Shown piece after piece: positions 31,292 to 45,317 of a stretch of DNA of 64,000 nt. The translations under genes were made by a program, and so were the position numbers. The DNA is from Alphaproteobacteria bacterium (GTDB taxonomy: Bacteria; Pseudomonadota; Alphaproteobacteria; SHVV01), in contig OZ253470.1 in assembly GCA_965261735.1 (NCBI GenBank), positions 2,848,001 to 2,912,000 on the forward strand, in the 5' to 3' direction. Position 1 is the first letter of the stretch; every line of letters starts with the position of its first letter. The notes under the pieces were generated by a model, which saw only the letters and a program-made list of their open reading frames with translations, did not search any database and had not been told where the DNA came from.

Positions 31292-32379
31292 CACCCATGA
31301 CCGCTACATGTAGGGTGCCGCCACTCTCCCGAGTAAAGCTCGGCATAGGTTGGAGCAGAGGTGTCGCCCGCGATGCCGAGCAATGAGCGGAAGGCGTTGA
31401 ACGGGTAGAACCGCCTGTTGAAGCGGAAGGTGAACTCGTTGAGGTAGGCTTGTAGGTGCTGGTGGCTGACGCCGTGGTGGATACCGATCAGCCACGTCTT
31501 CAGGTTGACGAAAACCAGATGGATGATCGGCAGGTATTGCTCGGCAACCTCTGGATCACCACACTCGGCAACAGCGAAGTGCTCATAGCCGCGCTTCCCG
31601 AGGCCAGCATAGCCGCTCCAATCGTCAGTAACGATCAGCGATCGCGGCGCGACGGTGCTCTCGACGAACCCACAGAGCGACTCGGCGCTACGGTCGAGCA
31701 CGACGGCGAGCCGAACGCGTCCGGCATAGCGTCCGTCTTTCCGGTTGTCGAGCTTGGTGCCCGGCTTTCGATGACGCACCTCGATGGCACAGGAGACGGG
31801 AACCTTGTGGTGAACACCACGGCCTTCCCCACGCGTTCGCCCGCCAACCCAGGTTTCGTCCACCTCAACATGGTTCTTGGGCTGTCCACCGATCCTGTCT
31901 TGGTTGGGCCGCACCATGCCCGAGCGGAGCTTGTGGAGAATTTGAAAGGCCGTCTCGTAGCGCGAAAGACCAAGTTGCCGCTGAAACTGCACGGCGGACA
32001 TGCCGGGCGTCTGACTGGCGACCAGATAAGCGGCCCAGAACCAGACGTTCAGCGGAGTGTGGCTACGCTCCATCACTGTTCCCACCGTCAGCCCGGTGTT
32101 CTGGCGGCACTTGCGGCAGCGCAGGACGCCAGGGCGGTTTTCAAAGTGGAACGGCTCTCCCGCCGTGCCGCAGTGCGGGCAGGCAAAGCCGTCTCCCCAG
32201 CGGGCTTTCTCCAGGTAGGCGGCGCAGGCCGCATCATCGGGGAAAAGTCGCTGGAACTCGGGTAGCGAATGCGGGAATGGGAGATCGGCGCGGTCGAGAA
32301 CATCCATGGCGCGCTCCCCTATATCCGGGTTGCACCCATTCTAGCCCTAGTGGGTGTGGGTGTAAACCGGATAGGAAAG
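31275..32379 (-). mobile_element. IS1595-family insertion sequence, copy 2 (1105 bp)
   Basis: Terminal inverted repeats CTTGCCTATCCGGTT / AACCGGATAGGAAAG; its own flanks do not match each other. Confidence 0.95.
31288..32307 (-). CDS. IS1595-family transposase
   Basis: Near-identical to 17669-18688. Confidence 0.95.
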   Translation of the reverse strand: MDVLDRADLPFPHSLPEFQRLFPDDAACAAYLEKARWGDGFACPHCGTAGEPFHFENRPGVLRCRKCRQNTGLTVGTVMERSHTPLNVWFWAAYLVASQTPGMSAVQFQRQLGLSRYETAFQILHKLRSGMVRPNQDRIGGQPKNHVEVDETWVGGRTRGEGRGVHHKVPVSCAIEVRHRKPGTKLDNRKDGRYAGRVRLAVVLDRSAESLCGFVESTVAPRSLIVTDDWSGYAGLGKRGYEHFAVAECGDPEVAEQYLPIIHLVFVNLKTWLIGIHHGVSHQHLQAYLNEFTFRFNRRFYPFNAFRSLLGIAGDTSAPTYAELYSGEWRHPTCSGHGC

Positions 32380-32384
32380 GATGA

Positions 32385-33226
32385 ATCATCGACGGCCTCA
32401 TGCGCGGCTCCTCCGATAATGGGGACATAACCGAGAAGACCCACATCCTTGTCGCCGATTTCGAAACCACGCCCGACAGCGAAGTCCTGGGGTCGGGGAT
32501 CGATTTCTTCGGCGGCACTTCGCCCGACTACTTCGTGCTCGAATCGGACATCCACGTCTTCGACCGGTTCGCCGCCACCGCGGTGCTGTTGCAGCCCAAC
32601 GCCATCGCGCTCGCGACCACCGACACGCTGGAAGCCCGCACGACCCAAGTGTCGTCGGGCGCGCTGCACGGCTATTCCGGGGGCTCCGTTCAATCGATCA
32701 GCAGCAGCGGTTTGCTGAATTCTGAGAAGCCCTTTGCCAACAACACCAACGACCCGATCGACATCACGGTGCAGACCAGCGCCGAGGCGAACAAGGTGCT
32801 GGCCACCATCGCCGTCAACCAGATCGTCTCGCCCTTCACGCCGATCATCGCGCAGTTCGGCGACGACGACGTAACCGCCTTCGGTACCTCGGGCAACGGC
32901 AGCGGCCACAGCGCCTTTTTCGATGACTTCAGCTTCGGCGCTGCCGAGAACGGCACCAGTCTTTCCACCTTTAACGCATCACCGACTTCGACAGCGGCAC
33001 CTTCTCCGGCACCGGCATCTCGATCGTCTCGGCGAGCGCCGGCCACAAGTTCTCGGGCTCCGTCACAGGCGCCGGCGTACACTCGGGCCGCAGCGGCTCC
33101 TACCTCGGCTCGTTCATACAAACCGCCACCGCCACCGACAAGGTCGTCGAAATGGGCGGCCACATCAGCCTGACCGGACCCAACTACGACGCCTCCGGCA
33201 CGTTCGCCGGCGCCAAGGTGCCTTAG
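32385..33226 (+). pseudogene. Remnant of a large Gly/Ser/Thr-rich secreted beta protein (C-terminus resembles TbpB-like barrels of FecR-domain proteins)
   Basis: 5' end abuts IS1595; frame switch near 32980; second frame reads FSGSVTG...YLGSF...EMGGHISLTGPNYDASGTFAGAK*. Confidence 0.5.
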
Positions 33227-33407
33227 CCAGGCCGAAGAGACGCGAACCCCGGCAGTGCCGGGTAGCTGTCGTGCGGACCCGCGGGGGGGTTGAAACCCGC
33301 CCCAACCTCATCGCCACGAACTACGGCCTAACCCACGGCCCTGTGCCAGGCTCTGGGCGCGGTTCTCGTCCTTCGACGAGTTCGGCATCGGGGGTCGGGG
33401 TTGTCGC

Positions 33408-34448
33408 TCAGGCGAAGTGCGGCATCACCTCGCGCGACAAGGTGTTGAGATGGCCGACCTTGTCCTCGAGCCGGCCGCCATAGAAAACCCAGTTCCGTAG
33501 GCCGAGCTCGGCGAGTTTTTCGAGTCGATCGATCACGTTTCCGGGCGGGCCCCAGAGCTGCGGCGAGCGCTCGATCAGCCAATCGTGGAGGCCGAGCTTC
33601 TTGGCGCGCTCGACGAGGAGCCGATTGCGCCCCGCCGTCTTGTAAGCGGTGGCCAAGTTGTGCGAATCGGCGTTCAGCTCCTTGAGCAGCGGCTTGTAGT
33701 CCTCGGGAATGCGCTTGCCCTCGAGGCTACCCATGGTCAGCCAATTCGTCCCCCAGCCGATGCTTTCCGCCATCGCCTCCTCGACGGTCGCGGCGAAAGT
33801 CACGTCGGCGTTCCACCACACGGCGAAGTCGCCCGCCTCGCGCGCGGCCGCAGCCGAACCGGCCGCGACGATGGCGTGAACGTCGGCGATGTCCTCAGGC
33901 GCAAAGCCCATGGTGACCACGGCGCCGTCGGCGACTTCGGCCGCCATCCTCAGTACCTTGGGGCCCGAACAGGCGACGTACACCGGTATCTCCAATGGCG
34001 GCGACCAGGCGCTCCACTCGGCGCGGAAGGTGTGCCCCTGCCACTCGGCCTCCTCACCGCGCAGCAGCGCCTTCACGGCCAGGATGTAGGCACGCAAGTG
34101 TGCCACCGTCGCGGTCTTCAGGCCGACGCTCCACAGCGCCGAATCACCGGTGGCGATGCCGAGCCCGATGCGCCCCGGCGCAAGCTCGTGGAGCGAGAGC
34201 ATGGCGGCCGCGGTCACCGAGGGGTGACGGGTGACGGGGTTGGTGACGCACGGGAAGACGCGCACGCGCGAGGTGTTGAGCGCGCATACCGTGAGCGCGA
34301 CGTAGAGCTCACGGAATTGGCGCGGCGAATCCGACATGCCGATATCGATCCCGGCCGCGTCGTACCCGCGCCACAGCGGCACGACCTCCGCGAGCGGCTG
34401 CTTGAGCGTGCCGCCGTTCATGCAGAAGCGCATTCGTGGTACAGCCAT
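33408..34448 (-). CDS. LLM-class flavin-dependent oxidoreductase, paralog 3
   Basis: Same motifs as paralogs 1 and 2; start overlaps the DUF427 stop (TAATG). Confidence 0.92.
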   Translation of the reverse strand: MAVPRMRFCMNGGTLKQPLAEVVPLWRGYDAAGIDIGMSDSPRQFRELYVALTVCALNTSRVRVFPCVTNPVTRHPSVTAAAMLSLHELAPGRIGLGIATGDSALWSVGLKTATVAHLRAYILAVKALLRGEEAEWQGHTFRAEWSAWSPPLEIPVYVACSGPKVLRMAAEVADGAVVTMGFAPEDIADVHAIVAAGSAAAAREAGDFAVWWNADVTFAATVEEAMAESIGWGTNWLTMGSLEGKRIPEDYKPLLKELNADSHNLATAYKTAGRNRLLVERAKKLGLHDWLIERSPQLWGPPGNVIDRLEKLAELGLRNWVFYGGRLEDKVGHLNTLSREVMPHFA

Positions 34449-34999
34449 TAGGGCGCCTTTTCGAGCCGGACGGGCGCCCCCGCGTCATCGCGGACGAGCT
34501 GCCAGCGATAGTGGGTCGCATAGCGCTGGACGTCGTAGACCTGCCACGCTTGCTCCAACTCGGATTCGGGAATTTCGCTGTTCTCGGTCACGTCGGCGGG
34601 CGTGAGCACCGTTTTCGGGGTCTTCGACAGGAGCCAGCACAACGCCTCCCATCCGGTCAGTCCGTCGCGCACGCTCGGGCTCTTTTCCACGAGCCCCGCA
34701 CCCTCGGCCGCATCGACGATCTCGACGCCGGACCAGAACGCAACGCGGTCCTTGATGATCGCGGCCTGGGCGTAAGGGTCCGGATAGAACCAGGCCGCGC
34801 CGCCGTTTTCCGCGCCATCGACGAGGACGTCGTAGTACTCGGAATAGCCCTTCCAGTGGCAGTAGGTTGGCTTCACCGACTCGCTCTTGCGGAAATGCTC
34901 CCAGCGCACGCCGTCGGCCGGAAAATAGGCGTTGCCCTCGACGAGCGCGATGTCGTCGCTCTCGGCGATGGTGGCACCGTTCCAGATGGCTTTGGTCAT
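34448..34999 (-). CDS. DUF427 (NTP_transf_9) protein with C-terminal extension
   Basis: KAIWNGATIAESDD, VEGNAYFP, CHWKG, AAWFYPDP, IKDRVAFW, then about 85 extra residues. Confidence 0.88.
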   Translation of the reverse strand: MTKAIWNGATIAESDDIALVEGNAYFPADGVRWEHFRKSESVKPTYCHWKGYSEYYDVLVDGAENGGAAWFYPDPYAQAAIIKDRVAFWSGVEIVDAAEGAGLVEKSPSVRDGLTGWEALCWLLSKTPKTVLTPADVTENSEIPESELEQAWQVYDVQRYATHYRWQLVRDDAGAPVRLEKAP

Positions 35000-35047
35000 G
35001 GGATCCTCCCTAGTCATTCGATACGCCTATTTAAAACGCGTCTGGCC

Positions 35048-36022
35048 TCAGTAGCGGATACGCACAAGCCGGTCGAGGCCTGATTCAGGCAGCCACACCT
35101 CGCCCGCACGCCCCAGGATCTGACGCACACGGGCGCCGCGGCCGCTCCCCGGATAGGCGGTAAAGGCCTCGGTCTCGGGATCGAAGCTGAGGACGGCGTT
35201 GGCACCGAAATCGCTGACCCAGACCACGTCGCGCTCGTCGACATAGACGGCATAGGCCCGCGGCCCCTCACCCGGGAGCTTCCAGCTGCGCCAGGCGCCC
35301 GAGCCGGGCGTGAAGCGGCTGAGCTGGCCCGCGTTCCACTCGGCGACCCAGACGTTGCCCGAGCTGTCCGCCCATACGCGGCGCGCGCCCTGACGGGGCG
35401 TCGGCGGCTCGATCACGCTCACGGCGCCGCTGCGGCCATCGATGCGGCCGACATAGCTGCCGCGAGCGAAGCGTAGTACACCGGTGCCGTCCGGCGTGGC
35501 GGCGATGCCGTAGGGGCCGCGGCCACGCGGGGCGGGAAACACCTCGATGGCGCCGGTCGCCGGATCGAGGCGGCCATAGATGCCGCTCTCGCCGGTGAAC
35601 CACAGCACCCCGCCGGCATCCAAGGCCGCGGTGTTGAGGTTGGCGTAGCCCGCGTCGGCGGGCAGCCGCCACACCGTGACCGCGTCCGCGAGGGGATCGT
35701 AGCGGACGATGGCGTTCTGGCCGCCGTCGGTGATCCAGGCGTTGCCAGCGGGACCTTGAATGACGCCATGGGGCCGCGAGCCCGAGCCGAGCGCCACCTC
35801 GCGTACGGCGCCGGTGGCCGGATCGAGAATGCCGAGCGCGCCGTGGTGTTGGGCGGTGTACCAGACGGCGCCGTCGGGCGCCGGCGCAACGTCATGGGGA
35901 TGGGCACCCGCCGGTACCTCGTAGACCCGCACCTCCGCCGCAGCCGCCGCGGCGACCGTCGCGACACAGCCGACGAACAGACCGAGCGCGGCGCTCCTGG
36001 GGTCGGAGAGACGGATCATCAT
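35048..36022 (-). CDS. Vgb-family (virginiamycin B lyase-like) beta-propeller, signal peptide
   Basis: HPHDVAPAPDGAVWYT, RPHGV, GPYGI, GARRVW, YAVYVD repeats. Confidence 0.88.
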   Translation of the reverse strand: MMIRLSDPRSAALGLFVGCVATVAAAAAAEVRVYEVPAGAHPHDVAPAPDGAVWYTAQHHGALGILDPATGAVREVALGSGSRPHGVIQGPAGNAWITDGGQNAIVRYDPLADAVTVWRLPADAGYANLNTAALDAGGVLWFTGESGIYGRLDPATGAIEVFPAPRGRGPYGIAATPDGTGVLRFARGSYVGRIDGRSGAVSVIEPPTPRQGARRVWADSSGNVWVAEWNAGQLSRFTPGSGAWRSWKLPGEGPRAYAVYVDERDVVWVSDFGANAVLSFDPETEAFTAYPGSGRGARVRQILGRAGEVWLPESGLDRLVRIRY

Positions 36023-36161
36023 GCCCTTTGCGCGTCGTTTCGAAAACCGAACACGTCAGTGCGGAGCTACCTTAGCGCGGCCTCGGGGCCCTGTTAACCG
36101 GGCTTGCGCGACTGACTACGCGGCGCGCGCCATGACGGCGTGGTCAAGGTAGTATGGGCCG

Positions 36162-37427
36162 ATGATTGCATTGCTGCGCGCGGGCGACTGGCGCCGGCCC
36201 GAGGTTTTGGTGCTGGTCAGTTCCGCGATCCCCTCGCTCGCGCTGGCGACGTGGTTGGTGCTCCTCAACAACTTCGCGGTCGAGGAGGCCGGCTTTACGG
36301 CCGTCGAGATCGGTATTCTGCAGAGCCTGCGGGAGGTGCCGGGGCTGCTCGGATTCGCGGCGATCTTCCTGCTCGCGCTCGCGCGCGAGCAGCGCCTCCT
36401 CTACGTCACCCTCATCGTGCTCGGCGTGGGCGTCGCCGTCACCGGCCTGTTTCCGAGCGAGATGGGCCTCTACGTGATCACGATGCTGATGTCGCTGGGC
36501 TACCATTACGCCGCCGTCGTGCGCAACTCGCTGACCCTGCAGTGGGTCGCGAAGGAGCGCACGCCGGAGATCATGGGCCGCGCGCTTGCCGCCGGCTCGG
36601 CAGCGTCGATCGTAGCCTTCGGGCTCGTGTGGCTCGCGTTCGATGTCTTTGGGCTGTCTTTCGCGTGGCTGTACGCGCTCGGCGGCGGGTTGACGGTCCT
36701 CCTCACCCTCTTCGTGTGGGTCAGCTTCCCTCGCTTCCCGGCGCCGGTGCCGCAACGGACCACCGTCGTTCTGCGCTCGCGCTATTGGTTGTTTTACGCT
36801 CTGCAGCTGCTGGGCGGCGCGCGGCGGCAGATCTTCATCGTCTTCGCGACCTTCCTGATGGTCGAAAAGTTCGGCTTCACGGTCTCCGGCATGGCGGCGC
36901 TGTTCCTGGTGACGGCGGCCCTCAACGTGTGGGTCGCGCCACGGGTCGGGCGCTTTATCGGCGCGGTCGGCGAGCGCCGCGCGCTCAATATCGAATACAG
37001 TGGGCTGGTCGTGATCTTCGCGGCCTACGCGCTGGTCAACTCCGCGCCCCTGGCCACGGCCCTCTACCTGCTCGACCACCTGTTTTTCGCGCTCGCCATC
37101 GCGATGAACACCTACTTCCAGAAGATCGCCGACCCGCGCGACATCGCGGCGACCAGCGGCGTGACCGAAACCATGAACCACATCGCGGCGGTGATCGTTC
37201 CCGCCGCATTCGGCGTCCTGTGGGTCGTCGTCGCGCCGGCGGCGGTGTTCCTCGCCGGCGCGGCGCTCGCCGGCGCCTCGCTGGTCCTGTCCCTCTTCGT
37301 GCCACGGGCGCCGCGACCCGGCCACGAGGTGGAATGGAGCCGGGCGGCGGCCACTACCGCGGAGGTGCCGGTCACCAGCGCGCGAACAGGTGGAGCAACG
37401 GGCGGCAGCGGCACGCCCGCGGAGTGA
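36162..37427 (+). CDS. MFS transporter
   Basis: [34 protein letters not shown]; about 12 TM segments. Confidence 0.88.
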   Translation: MIALLRAGDWRRPEVLVLVSSAIPSLALATWLVLLNNFAVEEAGFTAVEIGILQSLREVPGLLGFAAIFLLALAREQRLLYVTLIVLGVGVAVTGLFPSEMGLYVITMLMSLGYHYAAVVRNSLTLQWVAKERTPEIMGRALAAGSAASIVAFGLVWLAFDVFGLSFAWLYALGGGLTVLLTLFVWVSFPRFPAPVPQRTTVVLRSRYWLFYALQLLGGARRQIFIVFATFLMVEKFGFTVSGMAALFLVTAALNVWVAPRVGRFIGAVGERRALNIEYSGLVVIFAAYALVNSAPLATALYLLDHLFFALAIAMNTYFQKIADPRDIAATSGVTETMNHIAAVIVPAAFGVLWVVVAPAAVFLAGAALAGASLVLSLFVPRAPRPGHEVEWSRAAATTAEVPVTSARTGGATGGSGTPAE

Positions 37428-37429
37428 GG

Positions 37430-39613
<2,184 letters not shown>

Positions 39614-39633
39614 GGTGCGAGGGGCCAGCTAAC

Positions 39634-39879
39634 TTAGCCGGCCACTCCGAACCTCGCGCGTGCCCGCTCTCGCGCCTTGGCCGCTTCTATCTCGCGGTCG
39701 TGCGGTGGCGCGTTCGTCGACAGCGAATCGAGCAACCGGCGGGCGACGTCCGCGAATTCGTCCACGGCCCGGTCGAAAACCGCTTCGTTGACCTTTGACG
39801 GCCGGGTGAAGCCGCTGAGCTTGCGCGCGAACTGCAGCGATGCGGCGCGGACTTCGTCCTCGGTTGCGGGCGGGTCGAA
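39634..39879 (-). pseudogene. DUF2277-like protein lacking its N-terminus
   Basis: Hand translation FDPPATEDEVRAASLQFARKLSGFTRPSKVNEAVFDRAV...DREIEAAKAR; no start, directly abuts AT-richer DNA. Confidence 0.7.
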
Positions 39880-40208
39880 ATAAGCCCCATTTTTTTCTGT
39901 GTCGCAAGCAAGGCAGACATCCAGTAGTTGAACCTTTCCCCGGTCACCCTTTCGCCCTCAACCATACTAGCAAGCCGTCCGTTGCAGAACAGGTAATCAC
40001 GCTGAGGCGTTTTGATTTTTGACGTGTATTTGATTCCCCCTCGCAAAACCGTGGGGCGGATTCCTCTCTCCTCGAGATGCAATTTGACGGCTTCCTGCAA
40101 TGCTCCTTGCTGGAGATATCCTGACCACTCAAGCAACAGATCGTCGCCATTGGACGAAGCTGGAAATAGCATTAAGGCTAGCGCGGCCAAGATTGCCACG
40201 CGTTTCAT
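39880..40208 (-). pseudogene. Hypothetical exported protein, probably 3'-truncated
   Basis: Signal-peptide-like MKRVAILAALALMLFPASS; AT-richer; runs out of frame into the DUF2277 remnant. Confidence 0.45.
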
Positions 40209-40358
40209 TGTGGCCTCAGAGGCTCCCGTAACTAGAAATTTCCGAAAAGACTAACGCAACCTGCCGGGCTGTAACGCGTGTGCCACGGTATGGTCGGGCG
40301 TCATCGAATTCCAGATTGCGCGTCTCCAAGTCAGTGTCCGTTTGCCAAGTTTGAGATT

Positions 40359-40434
40359 TGGTGCGGGTGGTGAGATTCGAACTCACACCTCCTTGCGGAG
40401 AACGGCTTTTGAAACCGTCACGTCTACCGTTCCC
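40359..40434 (-). tRNA. tRNA-Leu(CAA), 5'-truncated (pseudo or att remnant)
   Basis: GGAACGGTAGAC D loop, ACGGT-TTCAAAA-GCCGT anticodon arm, CTCC-GCAA-GGAG variable arm, GTGAG-TTCGAAT-CTCAC T arm, CACCCGC-A-CCA. The expected 5' GCGGGTG strand is missing. Confidence 0.8.
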
Positions 40435-40471
40435 GTTGCAGAGGGAGCCCGTTGATCGCATTTCGTTGGCA

Positions 40472-41905
40472 GGTCGTGTCCCAGGACGTGGTGTAGGAGT
40501 TGTTGGAGCCTCTGTTAGCTGTGGGTAGGCGGCTTGCCGTAGCGACCGCCGAGAGTCTGGCGTAGGCAAGCCGGCTATCCACAGCGGAGGCCATCGCGGT
40601 TCCGGTTTAGGGTTGGGCTAGTGCAAACCAACCTGACCCGAAGGAGAACCACGATGACCCAGGACATGATGACCCTACGCGCGCTTTTGGAGAAGAGCTC
40701 CGATGCCGATCTGCTTTGCGAGATGATCGGCTTCACGGCCGAGCGGCTGATGGCACTGGAGGTTGAGGGCCTGACCGGCGCCGGGCACGGCGAGCGCTCG
40801 GCGGATCGTATCACCCATCGCAACGGCTACCGCGACCGGTCCTGGGAGACGCGGGCCGGCACGGTCGAGCTGAAGATCCCGAAGCTGAGGAAGGGAAGCT
40901 ACTTCCCGGGCTTCCTGGAGCCGCGGCGGATGGCCGAGAAGGCGCTGGCTGCGGTGATCCAGGAGGCCTACATCCAGGGGGTGTCGACCCGCTCGGTCGA
41001 CGATCTGGTTCAGGCGATGGGGATGTCGGGCGCCTCCAAGAGCCAGGTCTCCAGGCTGTGCGGCGAGATCGACGATAAGGTCAACGGCTTCCTCGATCGA
41101 CCGCTGGAGGGCGACTGGCCCTATCTGTGGCTCGACGCCACCTACGTGAAGGTGCGCCAGACCGGACGCATCGTCTCGGTCGCGGTGACCGTGGCTGTGG
41201 CCGTCAACGACCAAGGCCGCCGCGAGGTCCTGGGCGTGGCGATCGGCGCGTCGGAGGCCGAGACCTTCTGGACCGAGTTCCTGCGCTCGCTGGCCCGGCG
41301 CGGGCTGCGCGGCGTGAAGCTGGTGATCTCCGACGACCACAAGGGCCTGAAGGCCGCCGCGACCCGGATCCTCGGCGCCACATGGCAGCGCTGCCGCGTG
41401 CACTTCGCCCGCAACCTGCTGGCCCATGCCGGCCGCCAGGGCCGGCGCGTCGTCTCCGCCTTCGCCCAGGAGGACGCCGACAGCGCGAAGGTCCAGTGGC
41501 GCCAGGTCGCCGACCAGCTCAGGCCCAAGGTGCCCAAGCTGGCAGTTCTCATGGACGAAGCCGAGCACGACGTCCTCGCCTACATGAGCTTCCCCAGGGA
41601 GCACCGCCAGAAATTGCACTCCACAAACCCGATCGAACGGCTCCATGCCGAGGTCAAGCGTCGCACCAACGTCGTCGGTATCTTTCCCAACGAAGCCGCC
41701 ATCACACGGCTCGTCGGCGCCATCCTTCTCGAGCAGAACGACGAGTGGGCCGTCTCAAGGAGATACATGACGCTGGAATCCATCGCTCCGCTGAGCGATG
41801 GTGTCCCCATCACGCTGCCCACCGTGGCAGCCTGAACGTCCCGGCCCTACCCGCCGGGAGCCGCGTAGAGCGCAACGCTCTTACACCACTCCGCGGGACA
41901 CGATC
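40472..41905 (+). mobile_element. IS256-family insertion sequence
   Basis: Imperfect terminal IRs GGTCGTGTCCCAGGACGTGGTGTA / TACACCACTCCGCGGGACACGATC; no matching target duplication seen. Confidence 0.9.
40654..41835 (+). CDS. IS256-family transposase
   Basis: [54 protein letters not shown]. Confidence 0.95.
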   Translation: MTQDMMTLRALLEKSSDADLLCEMIGFTAERLMALEVEGLTGAGHGERSADRITHRNGYRDRSWETRAGTVELKIPKLRKGSYFPGFLEPRRMAEKALAAVIQEAYIQGVSTRSVDDLVQAMGMSGASKSQVSRLCGEIDDKVNGFLDRPLEGDWPYLWLDATYVKVRQTGRIVSVAVTVAVAVNDQGRREVLGVAIGASEAETFWTEFLRSLARRGLRGVKLVISDDHKGLKAAATRILGATWQRCRVHFARNLLAHAGRQGRRVVSAFAQEDADSAKVQWRQVADQLRPKVPKLAVLMDEAEHDVLAYMSFPREHRQKLHSTNPIERLHAEVKRRTNVVGIFPNEAAITRLVGAILLEQNDEWAVSRRYMTLESIAPLSDGVPITLPTVAA

Positions 41906-42200
41906 CCGGTGTCAGCACGCGTTTCGCGTTCAAGGTGCTATCGGAGAGACGCTCAAAGAAGCGGCCTCTACGGGTTTCCAGCGTTTGCTTCTGCCACGTT
42001 CTACCCATTCAAGCGTAGCGCCAACGGGCCAGAGATCTAGGGATGTAGACGTGCTGTAGCCGCACCGCTTCAAGATGCCGCCAACGAAGCCATCGAATCT
42101 CACGCGATAAGCATCACGCTCACCGAGCCTCTTTTGCAAAAGGGTAGGCACTCCTTTCCTTCAAGTGAAGCTCGAAGATATCGTCTCCTCCCCTTGTCCG

Positions 42201-42298
42201 TCCCCCTCCCCCTACCCCCTCCCACCAGGGGAGGGGATTATGGCGCGATGTCCAGTTCTTGGCCCTCACCCTTGATGGGGGAGGGTTGGGCGGGGTGA
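42201..42298. repeat. Inverted pair of REP-like C/G-rich repeats
   Basis: CCCCCTCCCCCTACCCCCTCCCACCAGGGGAGGGGA followed by CCCTCACCCTTGATGGGGGAGGGTTGGGCGGGGTG. Confidence 0.7.
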
Positions 42299-42372
42299 CA
42301 CGCGGACTTGCGCAAGCAAGTACTAGCGGAAACGAACGTGGACGCAGCAGCTAACGATTTTGTCCATACGCC

Positions 42373-44052
<1,680 letters not shown>

Positions 44053-44341
44053 GGCAACCGGGCGAGCGAGGCGGCCGAGGTACCGGCCGCGCTGTCGCGG
44101 CGTTGTAGACCAGCGCGGCGCGCGCGGCAAACGCGCGGGCCGCGGCACGCTCGCGCGTTTGCCCCTCGCGTGCGCGCTATTCGGCCGGCGGAAGTTGGGC
44201 TAAGGTGGCCGGCGCCCACCTCCGTCCGAGAAACCCGCCCGAGCCTTGGCCCGCGGTCCCGGCGTATCGTTTTCATGATTCGCCGCTGCCGGAGGGGTGG
44301 GCTGGCGATGATCCGCGGGTCCACGGGGGATACACGAAACC

Positions 44342-45280
44342 ATGCCTCACCTCGCCATGTTCGTTGCGATGGTGCTGGGGGCGTCGTCGTTCCCCGCCGG
44401 AAAGGCGGCCGTAGCGGCGATGCCGGCGTCGGAAATCCTGTTCATCCGATTCGCCCTCGCGGCGCTCATCCTGTGGTGCGTCTTTGTGGCGTTGCGGCGC
44501 GCCGCGGGGACGCGCAGGTTCGTGGCGCCGGCCTTTCTCATCGGGCTGGTCGAGCCGGGCCTTGCGACCAACGTCGTCTATTGGGGACTGCTCTTCACCA
44601 CCGCGGTCCACGCGACCGTCATCTTCGCGCTGACACCTCTGGTGACCTCGGTGATGGGGCGCCTCCTGCTCAAGGAGGCGATCTCGCCGGCGGTGATCGT
44701 CGGCGCCCTCGTCGCGCTGGCCGGCACCGTGCTGCTGGTCTCGGACGATCCGGGGCGGGTGGGATCGTTGATCGGCGACCTGTTGTGCGGGTTCGGCCTC
44801 GTCCTCATCTCGTCGACCCAAGTCGCGATCCGGCACATCGTCCGCACGCACGCGGACCCACTCACCGTGACCACGAACCAGCTGACGGGGGCCACCGTCG
44901 CCAGCCTCGTCATCATGGTCGCCTTCGAGAGCTGGATCGGCGGCGTCGGCTGGGTCGCGGTGCCCTCGGGGGAAATTTGGCTGCTTATCGGCTATCTCAG
45001 CGTCATCGTCAGCGCCGCCCTGTTCTTCCTCAACGCCTACGCCTTGAGCCACATCCCGGTGGGACAAGTTGGCCTGTACTTCGTCCTGCTGGCGCCACTC
45101 GGGGTGCCGATGGCCGTCGTCCTCCTTGGTGAGACCGTGACGCGCGCCGATATCACCGCGATCGCTCTTGTCGCCGTCGGTGTCGCCCTGCCCCAGATCC
45201 TGGCGATGCCGCGCTTCAGGGCCCTGCGCGTGTCGCGCCTGCTGGCCGGCGAGGGCCGACAAGTCCCGCCGGCGCCGTGA
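44342..45280 (+). CDS. DMT/EamA transporter 1
   Basis: About 10 TM segments; RFALA, VEPGL, LLKE, LLGE. Confidence 0.9.
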   Translation: MPHLAMFVAMVLGASSFPAGKAAVAAMPASEILFIRFALAALILWCVFVALRRAAGTRRFVAPAFLIGLVEPGLATNVVYWGLLFTTAVHATVIFALTPLVTSVMGRLLLKEAISPAVIVGALVALAGTVLLVSDDPGRVGSLIGDLLCGFGLVLISSTQVAIRHIVRTHADPLTVTTNQLTGATVASLVIMVAFESWIGGVGWVAVPSGEIWLLIGYLSVIVSAALFFLNAYALSHIPVGQVGLYFVLLAPLGVPMAVVLLGETVTRADITAIALVAVGVALPQILAMPRFRALRVSRLLAGEGRQVPPAP

Positions 45281-45317
45281 GCGCGCCGAGACCCACGCCC
45301 AGCGCACGCCGGCGCCG

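Noticed and set aside
33275-33310. Degenerate GGGG..TTGAAACCCGCCCC palindrome resembling a RAYT-type REP or CRISPR repeat
   Set aside because: Single degenerate copy, no array, and no associated transposase or cas gene.
36140-37429. Apparent 430-aa N-terminal extension of the P-type ATPase
   Set aside because: Arg/Gly-rich off-frame read of the MFS gene; the ATPase has its own start at 37430.
41930-42151. 73-aa minus-strand ORF next to IS256
   Set aside because: No recognisable motif; cannot be supported as a gene.
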